A stretch of 64,000 bases of DNA. It comes from a virus. How positions within the stretch are numbered: the stretch's first letter is position 1; each line of letters begins with the position of its first letter. The notes beneath the pieces were generated by a model, which ran no database searches, was not told where the DNA came from, and saw nothing but the letters and a program-made list of their open reading frames with translations. The stretch covers positions 1-64,000 of IMG/VR virus record IMGVR_UViG_3300045988_147264, one strand, 5' to 3'. Positions 31,411 to 38,933 of the stretch are shown here, in pieces. A program made the translations under genes and the position numbers.

Positions 31411-32403
31411 TTAATCTTTTGTTTTAGCCTGTAATGAAAGAAGCATCTCCGAGTTCTTCGGCAGATTAAGGAATCTGCACGCCACTGAGAACGTTGGTTC
31501 CTCGTTAACGCCGCAAAGCGGAAGATTTCCATCCTTAAGATAATAATAATTGCCCCTCTTAATGATGCACCCACGCTCAACAGCCTTCTTTATAAGAACC
31601 TTTGTGTCGAGCATAGGATCTTTAATGACGCCAAGAAACATCTTGGGATCTCTGTTGATGAGCTCATAAATCCTGTTTTGCAGATAGTCCATCTTGACGT
31701 TTTGAGCGGTCTGTCTTCCGTCAAGAATCTCAACAATTATACGAAGCTTGTCGTGATCATTCTTGATTGCTCCATAAAGCTCAAAGCACTCAAGGGCAAC
31801 GTCAACCTTCTTGACCGCCATTTTCTCCTCGGCGCCCTCTTCGATGAGTACATATTGATATGTAGCCTTTGGCATATCACGCAAAACCTCAAGTGAAGGA
31901 GCGATCGTGCTCGTGTTCGCAAGAAGGACCTTGTATTTAATATAATCCTCAGGAACAGACAAATCGAGGATTGTGTCCTGTTTGGTTAGTCTGATCATAT
32001 AATTAGACCAGAAATTATTCTCGCTCTTATAAACGCTCAATGCGTTAGCCTGCAAACCCATGATATACTCAAGATAATCCTTCTCTGAATTCGTGAGAAC
32101 ATTCTTGAACACACCGGAACTCAATACAGGCACTGTGTAATAACGCACGGACTGTTCAGACATTCCTCCGGCAAGCACATGTTTAGGATTCTTTACAAGC
32201 CATGTCTCCTTAGGGACAAGACGCACAATGATTCTTGACTGTCTAAGACAATTGATCAATTCCTTCCCGGAGCGATTCAACGCCACTTCGGCTGATTCAT
32301 CATTATCCTTTACCACAACGCGCTTTGGCTTTGCGATTGGTTTAACGTCATCTGACATGATCTCCTCCATGTCAAGATTAATCTTCTCTTCCACTTTACT
32401 CAT
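31411..32403 (-). CDS. Hypothetical structural protein (330 aa), first gene after the MCP terminator.
   Basis: ORF starting with ATG at 32403. Confidence 0.4.
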   Translation of the reverse strand: MSKVEEKINLDMEEIMSDDVKPIAKPKRVVVKDNDESAEVALNRSGKELINCLRQSRIIVRLVPKETWLVKNPKHVLAGGMSEQSVRYYTVPVLSSGVFKNVLTNSEKDYLEYIMGLQANALSVYKSENNFWSNYMIRLTKQDTILDLSVPEDYIKYKVLLANTSTIAPSLEVLRDMPKATYQYVLIEEGAEEKMAVKKVDVALECFELYGAIKNDHDKLRIIVEILDGRQTAQNVKMDYLQNRIYELINRDPKMFLGVIKDPMLDTKVLIKKAVERGCIIKRGNYYYLKDGNLPLCGVNEEPTFSVACRFLNLPKNSEMLLSLQAKTKD

Positions 32404-32418
32404 AAAAACTTCTTTCTT

Positions 32419-32458
32419 AAAATAATAAACGCGGAGAGGGCATCAACCCACCCCGCGT
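32419..32458 (-). terminator. Rho-independent terminator after the major capsid gene.
   Basis: Stem AACGCGG/CCGCGTT around a GC-rich loop, followed on the minus strand by UUAUUAUUUU. Confidence 0.6.
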
Positions 32459-32500
32459 TGTATATTCAAATATGTTATCCTTAATCTTATATTAAATCAA

Positions 32501-34024
32501 TTACTCCGAAAGGATTGACGGAATGATTGACATTGTTCTGGTTGGGTCAAGTACACAAACTCCGAGAGTAGCCATACGGTGCATAACCGCAGAATCCTCA
32601 TCGAATGACATGAACTGATTACCGATCTGACCAGTAAACGGATTTCTCAACCCCCATTGATAGCCTCGATACTCTGGCTGTCCCTTAATCTGGCACTTGA
32701 AGATATTTGGCTGATCAGATGTGCCAATATAGAAAATGTCAAATCTGTAAGACTGTGCGACTCCACCCTCCGGATGCAGCACCTTGTTACGAACAGGATC
32801 ATCATACATTGGGAGTACGTTAAGCTTAACCTTAACTCCTAATGGAGCAATCCACTCTGTTACCTGATAGTCAGTGAGCGACACTGCGTTACCAGGAGCA
32901 AAGTTAGCACTGGTCTTATTGAAATATGAAGGGTTCTGGGTTGACATCATAGGCATCCAACCAGAAGCGGTATTCTTAGCCTCGCGGTTAAAAATAAGCG
33001 CACCCTTTTCCCCAGTGTTGATTACGAAAGTGCGATCACCGAAATCAAGCTTAGCCGCAGACAACTCATAAAGAGCGTCGAGAATCAGCTTCATTACAGA
33101 ATGTGTATCATTGTAATACATGGTATTACCATACTCCATCTGCTCGAAGAGACCAGCTCCTGTCTTGATAGCGTTTCCACTCTTTCCGATATTGAGATAC
33201 TCTCCATTCGCGTTTCTATTGGAACGGCCAAACAGAATAGCGTTGTTCTTATAGTCGCTAAAGGTCTGCTCGAACTCCCACTCAACATTGTGCATCCACA
33301 TGTTTGATGTCGTGTGCTCAAGCTTTCCACCAGCAGTCTCCTTTACAATAGGAATACCGACAGCAAGTTTCTTATTAAGCATCGAACCTGGAACTTTGTG
33401 CTGAAGACGAATTGTAGACCACTCGTTACGCATGGATACCGGAGTCGAGAAACGAAGATCTCCAACCTTACGGCTCAATTCTTTCTCTACGAAAGCGGCC
33501 TCAACGGAGAATTTCTCTCCAGCAAGAAGTCTCTCAGCTGGAACGCCATTAATGTTACCACCAGCAAGCTCGACCTTGTATACGGCCTGCGTTCCCTCCA
33601 TCCTAGGATCGCCAAGTATTCTGAACTGATATATTTCATTAAGGTTACCTGTGATGTATTCGCCATCAGCGAACTGATCCTCGTTGAACACAAGATAGAA
33701 CGGAACCGTATTCGCACCGACCATTCCAGATTTTGATGTCACAGGGGTGCCATCCTCCAGTCTCGCCTCTACAAGAGGAATGTTTCTACGATTGGAACCA
33801 ATAACGTCCCACGTATACTCAGAGTCATCCTCGAATTCGTGAATAGGGAATGTATTAAGGAATGTATCCCAACTCTTTCCCCTATAATAAGCAAGCAACT
33901 GAACCATTACGTTAGTTGCCTTCTGTGGCGCGAGTTGATAAATCGCGCCTAAGTGATTTTCCTTAGTAAGTCCTTTCCAATGAGAAAAGCCTACCATCTG
34001 ATACTTACCGAGCAATCCGGCCAT
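32501..34024 (-). CDS. Major capsid protein candidate (507 aa).
   Basis: Its size matches crAss-like MCPs. It is directly preceded by an acidic, helical scaffold-like gene and followed by its own terminator. It has the highest local GC and codon bias in the block. Called from position and composition only. Confidence 0.55.
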   Translation of the reverse strand: MAGLLGKYQMVGFSHWKGLTKENHLGAIYQLAPQKATNVMVQLLAYYRGKSWDTFLNTFPIHEFEDDSEYTWDVIGSNRRNIPLVEARLEDGTPVTSKSGMVGANTVPFYLVFNEDQFADGEYITGNLNEIYQFRILGDPRMEGTQAVYKVELAGGNINGVPAERLLAGEKFSVEAAFVEKELSRKVGDLRFSTPVSMRNEWSTIRLQHKVPGSMLNKKLAVGIPIVKETAGGKLEHTTSNMWMHNVEWEFEQTFSDYKNNAILFGRSNRNANGEYLNIGKSGNAIKTGAGLFEQMEYGNTMYYNDTHSVMKLILDALYELSAAKLDFGDRTFVINTGEKGALIFNREAKNTASGWMPMMSTQNPSYFNKTSANFAPGNAVSLTDYQVTEWIAPLGVKVKLNVLPMYDDPVRNKVLHPEGGVAQSYRFDIFYIGTSDQPNIFKCQIKGQPEYRGYQWGLRNPFTGQIGNQFMSFDEDSAVMHRMATLGVCVLDPTRTMSIIPSILSE

Positions 34025-34063
34025 AGTTTTGTTTAATTAAATGTTGTTAAAAAATATATTTTT

Positions 34064-35224
34064 CTACACATCGAGCCGCCATCCACCTTTTCCAAGGTAT
34101 TCAGGCGAATTGTCGTCAGTTACCCCACTCAGAAGATTGAGACTGCCGTCACTATTCCTTGAGGTATTCGACAATGTGTGCTCCAATTCACGAAGGCTAC
34201 TCTTCATCTGACGTTTGACACCACTCTGAATAAGCTTTCCAATATTCGAGAAACCATCAGTCAGAGTATAGATTATACCAAAGTTTTTAAGATACTCCTT
34301 TGGATTCTCTCGCTGATATTTCTGAACCGCTGTCAGCATCTGACCAGTCTTATCATCGCGATAAGACGCCTTGCTGATATTATCATAAATCTTCTGCCTA
34401 ACCTGCTTATCTACAGGAAGAGCTCCAAAGATATCCTTATCCTCCATGATAGATTTCTTAAGTTCCTCAAATGATTTACGATTATTGTCATCCTGTTCCC
34501 TTCTAGCCTTCTGTTCTTTGTCAACAAGATCCTTATAAATATTCCTATAATATTCCTTGTTGGCGGCGAGAGCTTCTTTTGCATCTTCGATGTCAGTACC
34601 GGCATCGAAAGATTTCTTGAGTTCTCGTTTAATCTTGTCTTCTGAATAGCCCCTGTTGAGCATGTCCTGCGCAATGATGTTGCTCCTAAGTTTGTCCGCC
34701 TCCTCATCATTCGCTGTTATGTTCTCTTCAGTAATACTATCCAAATATTTAATTATCGACTCGTTTTTCTTAATCTCAGTCGGCTCAACCCCTGCGTTAA
34801 GTGCGTCATTGATGCGTTTCTGTGACTCGTCAAAACGAGACTCGATAACCTTATTAATAGCCTCGGCGAAGTCCTCGGCGGTCTTCACTTTGGCAAGATC
34901 CTCATCATTAAGGCCAGAAAGAACACCGTCTTTCACAAGTGCGTCAAGCGTGGAAGAGTAGAAGTTTGTTTCGTTGTTAGGAGAAGTCTCGGCACCATGA
35001 CCGGTTTCCTCCTGGCCGTTCTTAACAACACTACCTACGCTCTCTGGACCGTCGTCTGAGAATAAACTATCTACATCGACTGGCTCCTCGGTCTTGTGTT
35101 CCCCGTGTTTTCCTTCACCGCCATCAGTGGTTGACGGTTCACCATTAGTTTCTGTGTTATTGCCAATAAAGAGATTATCAATCTCTTCCGGCGTCTGAAT
35201 GAAATCAATATTTAATCCTTCCAT
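34064..35224 (-). CDS. Scaffolding-protein-like acidic coiled-coil protein (386 aa).
   Basis: Asp/Glu/Lys-rich, predicted helical, immediately upstream of the MCP gene. A TATCTTTG element lies 26 nt upstream of its ATG. Confidence 0.4.
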   Translation of the reverse strand: MEGLNIDFIQTPEEIDNLFIGNNTETNGEPSTTDGGEGKHGEHKTEEPVDVDSLFSDDGPESVGSVVKNGQEETGHGAETSPNNETNFYSSTLDALVKDGVLSGLNDEDLAKVKTAEDFAEAINKVIESRFDESQKRINDALNAGVEPTEIKKNESIIKYLDSITEENITANDEEADKLRSNIIAQDMLNRGYSEDKIKRELKKSFDAGTDIEDAKEALAANKEYYRNIYKDLVDKEQKARREQDDNNRKSFEELKKSIMEDKDIFGALPVDKQVRQKIYDNISKASYRDDKTGQMLTAVQKYQRENPKEYLKNFGIIYTLTDGFSNIGKLIQSGVKRQMKSSLRELEHTLSNTSRNSDGSLNLLSGVTDDNSPEYLGKGGWRLDV

Positions 35225-35250
35225 AAACTCCTAAATTAAAGATTGTTTCG

Positions 35251-35258
35251 CAAAGATA
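35251..35258 (-). promoter_or_regulatory. TATCTTTG -7 promoter element for the scaffold-MCP operon.
   Basis: CAAAGATA on the plus strand. The context tcgCAAAGATA is identical to the copy at 28398-28408. Confidence 0.45.
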
Positions 35259-35285
35259 ATCATTTTTAATCAACCAGCACAGAAT

Positions 35286-35750
35286 CTAACTGCCATCGTT
35301 ATGAAAGTATGACGTTCTTAGTTTGGTCAACGTCCTCTTTTCTACATAACGTATCGTAGAATTTTCCTTATATTTTACATTACCATACTTGTCGGCCTGT
35401 TTTTCCGGATAATGATCATAATAGCCATCACCGGCATGCAGCCAACAACGTATACCGGAGTATGCCCCAACAACAAGCAGATAGAGCCACCCGAGACGCC
35501 TGCTTTGAAACGTATGTCCATATTCGTGATATAACGTCTCTTCACGTATTATTCCCTTTTTATTACAAAAACAGAACAGATACTTCCCAAGTGAGAAAGA
35601 CTTACCAGTATTCCGTTGACCATAAACAACGAATTTATGGCCCTTGTCGTCCTCATAATAATATTTTATGATAGGCTTGTAAAACATAATACAGAACAGT
35701 CCAAGTATGTTCTGAGGTAATTGCCATAAATAAAGTAAAAATTCTTTCAT
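35286..35750 (-). CDS. Small membrane-associated HExxH zinc-metallopeptidase-like protein (154 aa).
   Basis: Contains ETLYHEYGHTF followed by a hydrophobic segment LGWLYLLVVGAYSGI. The N-terminal region is also hydrophobic. Confidence 0.3.
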   Translation of the reverse strand: MKEFLLYLWQLPQNILGLFCIMFYKPIIKYYYEDDKGHKFVVYGQRNTGKSFSLGKYLFCFCNKKGIIREETLYHEYGHTFQSRRLGWLYLLVVGAYSGIRCWLHAGDGYYDHYPEKQADKYGNVKYKENSTIRYVEKRTLTKLRTSYFHNDGS

Positions 35751-35751
35751 A

Positions 35752-36216
35752 TTATATTATTGTAATTGTTATTTCCTGGCCTTGTGACACACTTTCATGC
35801 ATCATCCCATATAGTCGCTCAAAATAAGCGCGAGAGTTCGCTATACGGCCTTTCTGTGAGTTTATACCAACCCCTATGCAACCAAGCGACTCCTCCGCTG
35901 TATTGAATGGATGAATAAGCACACCATTATATCCTGGCACGTTGATAAGCCTTGGTATCTTGCCATCACAAAAATCCCTATAATATTTGTTCCACCTGAA
36001 TTTTGGCGACACAACGTCAAGTGTTATCTTATATGTGCCGGTCGGAATGGCTGTCTCTCCATATACCTTGAGTTTATTGATTTGTTCTATCGGCATCTTT
36101 TGGTTAAGTCCACGATCCTTATCCTCAAGTGTGCTTGAAAAATATTTACCGTCAACATATAATTTACCGATAGTATATGTATCGGCCTTGAACACCCTTT
36201 TCAATAAAAGTTTCAT
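35752..36216 (-). CDS. YkuD-like L,D-transpeptidase-fold protein (154 aa). Candidate peptidoglycan-acting enzyme.
   Basis: Motif pattern ETAIPTGTYKI ... YNGVLIHPFNTAEESLGCIGVG ... AYFERLYGMMHESVSQGQEITITI matches the YkuD His...Ser-x-Gly-Cys catalytic core and its C-terminal strand. Confidence 0.45.
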   Translation of the reverse strand: MKLLLKRVFKADTYTIGKLYVDGKYFSSTLEDKDRGLNQKMPIEQINKLKVYGETAIPTGTYKITLDVVSPKFRWNKYYRDFCDGKIPRLINVPGYNGVLIHPFNTAEESLGCIGVGINSQKGRIANSRAYFERLYGMMHESVSQGQEITITII

Positions 36217-36228
36217 ATTGATAATTTT

Positions 36229-36975
36229 TTAGCGATAGCGTAATTTCTCAGCGACAGCGTAAGCCGTGCGTTGCTCAACATTGAATGAATTAGGCTTTTC
36301 ATCGTAAGCGACGACAAGAAATGCTATTGGAAGGTGATCTCCTGGTACCAAAAACATAGCGTAATATGTTATGCCAGGAGCAGATAAAAGTCCATATAAA
36401 TACTTGTCGTTGTCTTTTAAATCCTCGACATATCCTTGTGACATTCCTGTTCTGCCGGCATTTTGCGCAGCTTTTATGAATGCCAAATTAATGTCTTTTA
36501 GATCTTTGGCGAATGAATTAATGTCTTGACGTAATGATTCCATTGATGGACTCGCAAATACGAATGGCATACCTCCAAAACCAACTTGTGTATTGTGTAA
36601 CTCAAATAATGTGGCAGATCGAGCACTTGTGTAATTAATGACATTATCAAGGCATTTCTGAATATCTCCGCGAACATCAAGACTTTTCTGAAGCTTTTCT
36701 TCATGTACCGCATCTCTTAAATTGGTAATGTGGTTCACAAATTTTTTAGGAAACACTAGGACCCACACAGCAATTGCGATAATGCACATCATTGCGAGAT
36801 TCTTTAATATTCTTTGCCATCGATATTCTTTGCTAAGCAGCTTAAGACCCTTATCAATCCAAGCCACTATTGCGTTTCCTCTATTAACGAACTTATCGTC
36901 ACTTGGGATATCTGGACCGTAATCAACAGGCTCGTCCATAATCGGCTCCTCTATATCTTCTTTCATATTAGTCAA
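36229..36975 (-). CDS. Membrane protein (248 aa) with one central transmembrane helix.
   Basis: Hydrophobic stretch LAMMCIIAIAVWVLVF with an acidic N-terminus. Confidence 0.35.
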   Translation of the reverse strand: MTNMKEDIEEPIMDEPVDYGPDIPSDDKFVNRGNAIVAWIDKGLKLLSKEYRWQRILKNLAMMCIIAIAVWVLVFPKKFVNHITNLRDAVHEEKLQKSLDVRGDIQKCLDNVINYTSARSATLFELHNTQVGFGGMPFVFASPSMESLRQDINSFAKDLKDINLAFIKAAQNAGRTGMSQGYVEDLKDNDKYLYGLLSAPGITYYAMFLVPGDHLPIAFLVVAYDEKPNSFNVEQRTAYAVAEKLRYR

Positions 36976-37603
36976 CTATTTTAATAAACCTTTGTTCGTC
37001 CACCTTTATATATGGATTTTTCTCTACAACTCTACCCTCGACAACGATATGTCGCTTTTGAAATATTCTTCCAATCAAGCACTTTTTGGGTTTACCAACA
37101 ATTCTCTTTGATGACGATACTACAATATACGTATCGCTGTTAAACTCTGGATGTACAGCTATCTTATTAGGATACTCTAAACTCAACGCAAGACTGTACC
37201 AATTCTTATCGGTAAGCGTTGTATCAATCTTCATATCCTTTAAAAATATCGTATCTCTAAGCGTTACGGTATCCTTCTTGGAAGACGTCATTACAAGCCT
37301 TGAGATGCTCTCGAGCTCCTTGTCTTTTACGCGTAATTCTTTGCGTACAGCATTCATTTTTTGGTTAATACTGTCAACAGAGTTATTCAGCGCGTCAATG
37401 GTATAATTAAGAACAAGCACACTGTCTTTAAGTTCAGAATTAAATAATTCGTAAGCATTTACGTTATTATTGGATTCAGCTAATTTTCTGTTAAGCGCGA
37501 CATTCTTTTTATATAGTACCGAAGACGCGACAGATAGCGAAACAATAATAACAATAATTGCCGCATAAATGTAATACCTGATCTTCATGTACTTAGCCTC
37601 CAA
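36968..37603 (-). CDS. Type II membrane coiled-coil protein (211 aa). Spanin-like or anchor protein.
   Basis: N-terminal transmembrane helix YYIYAAIIVIIVSLSVASSVL followed by a heptad-like helical region. Confidence 0.3.
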   Translation of the reverse strand: MEAKYMKIRYYIYAAIIVIIVSLSVASSVLYKKNVALNRKLAESNNNVNAYELFNSELKDSVLVLNYTIDALNNSVDSINQKMNAVRKELRVKDKELESISRLVMTSSKKDTVTLRDTIFLKDMKIDTTLTDKNWYSLALSLEYPNKIAVHPEFNSDTYIVVSSSKRIVGKPKKCLIGRIFQKRHIVVEGRVVEKNPYIKVDEQRFIKIVD

Positions 37604-38202
37604 TTAACGTTAGACATTATTGATGAGGTCTGAATACCGCCTTCAGATGTAAAATTAACAATTGTGTTACCAAAATATATGTATTTATCAACTGGCGGAT
37701 CAGGTGTGTCACCGATTCCATCCTGCGATACATTTAACGTTTTGGTTATCACATCGCCATCAGACAAAATAATCTTTATGTCTCTTGAATGAGACGATGT
37801 ATTAGTGCCAACATTGATTGTTATTACATATTCATACATAGCGGTCTTTCCAGGATCACCACTAATGAATATATAATTTACACCATCCCAATTAGATAAA
37901 ATTCCACCGTTTACACGAACGTTACCAGCCATTGATGTCACAATGGTCTTGACATTTGCCGCGCCGACAATAGTTACCATCGATTCGTTTGCATCAAGAT
38001 GTTGGGTATATCTTGATATGTTAAGAACTTCACCGACGCCCTTTTGTTCAAGACTTATAGTCGCATATTTCTTATTATCAAACGATACCCTAAACCGTCC
38101 CATTAGTGACTCTCTTCCATTGTTTGGCGAGGATGTACTAATAATTATATCACTATTTCCTGAACCGGATGTATCGCCGCTCTTAATATAAAAATTACTC
38201 AT
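37585..38202 (-). CDS. BACON-like Ig-domain virion protein (205 aa).
   Basis: The N-terminus MSNFYIKSGDTSGSGNSDIIISTSSPNNGRESL matches the second half of the BACON consensus. The C-terminus ...IMSNVNWRLST matches the first BACON strand (SNtsWtv). Confidence 0.45.
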   Translation of the reverse strand: MSNFYIKSGDTSGSGNSDIIISTSSPNNGRESLMGRFRVSFDNKKYATISLEQKGVGEVLNISRYTQHLDANESMVTIVGAANVKTIVTSMAGNVRVNGGILSNWDGVNYIFISGDPGKTAMYEYVITINVGTNTSSHSRDIKIILSDGDVITKTLNVSQDGIGDTPDPPVDKYIYFGNTIVNFTSEGGIQTSSIMSNVNWRLST

Positions 38203-38220
38203 GTAGCTATTATATTAAGG

Positions 38221-38243
38221 GACGAGCATAACCCGTCCCCAGT
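38221..38243 (-). terminator. Weak terminator or attenuator hairpin between the 221-aa and 205-aa genes.
   Basis: Minus-strand stem GGGACG/CGTCCC with loop GGTTATGCT, followed by CTTAATATAAT (a poor U-tract). Confidence 0.3.
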
Positions 38244-38253
38244 GTTAAACAAA

Positions 38254-38919
38254 TTAAACAGTTGTAAGTGTCCAGGCAATATTGGAAGATATCTTTGCGT
38301 TGGTTGACGGTGTACCGTCTGCGGCAATGCGAATAAATGCTATCTCTGATCCCTGACTATTCGTAAATTTAAGATACTTTTCAGCTCCTGCCTGATTAAT
38401 ATCTCCAGTACCGACGATAGATGCCGTCGTTGCTGATGTTATTGTTACAGGATACTTTACAATAGACACAGACGCATTCGCGGGAATCGTTACAACCATT
38501 GTTACGGTATACTGAGCCGTGGCTCCAGGGTCCCCCGTAGGTGTAACAGTAATATTATTTGTACCAGACAGTGAAACGGCAGAATCATTAACGCTGATGC
38601 TTTTGATTACAGGAATTTGTGAAGAATATCCTGTAGGTGCATCAACCCTTGCAATAAATGACTTACTATTTGACGTAAACACAACATTTACGTTACCGCC
38701 ATCCTTAACAGCGGTTCCGACAGAAGAGATTTTTATGAACTCTGTTGCTCCTTCCTGAGTAATTTCAAGGTTGTTGCTTGATGTTAATGTTCCGTCTGTT
38801 TCTTTTGCAGAAATGTTTACTGTACGAGAGTTTCGTCCGGTATTTTTAGTCGTGCTTATAGTCAACGTGACGTCTCCAGAACCGGAGTCAGGTGTGATTG
38901 TTGCAAAATTAGTTACCAT
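38254..38919 (-). CDS. BACON-like Ig-domain virion protein (221 aa).
   Basis: The N-terminus MVTNFATITPDSGSGDVTLTISTTKNTGRNSRTVNI and the C-terminus ...ISSNIAWTLTTV show the same half-domain arrangement as the 205-aa paralog. Confidence 0.45.
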   Translation of the reverse strand: MVTNFATITPDSGSGDVTLTISTTKNTGRNSRTVNISAKETDGTLTSSNNLEITQEGATEFIKISSVGTAVKDGGNVNVVFTSNSKSFIARVDAPTGYSSQIPVIKSISVNDSAVSLSGTNNITVTPTGDPGATAQYTVTMVVTIPANASVSIVKYPVTITSATTASIVGTGDINQAGAEKYLKFTNSQGSEIAFIRIAADGTPSTNAKISSNIAWTLTTV

Positions 38920-38933
38920 ATATATGTATATAA

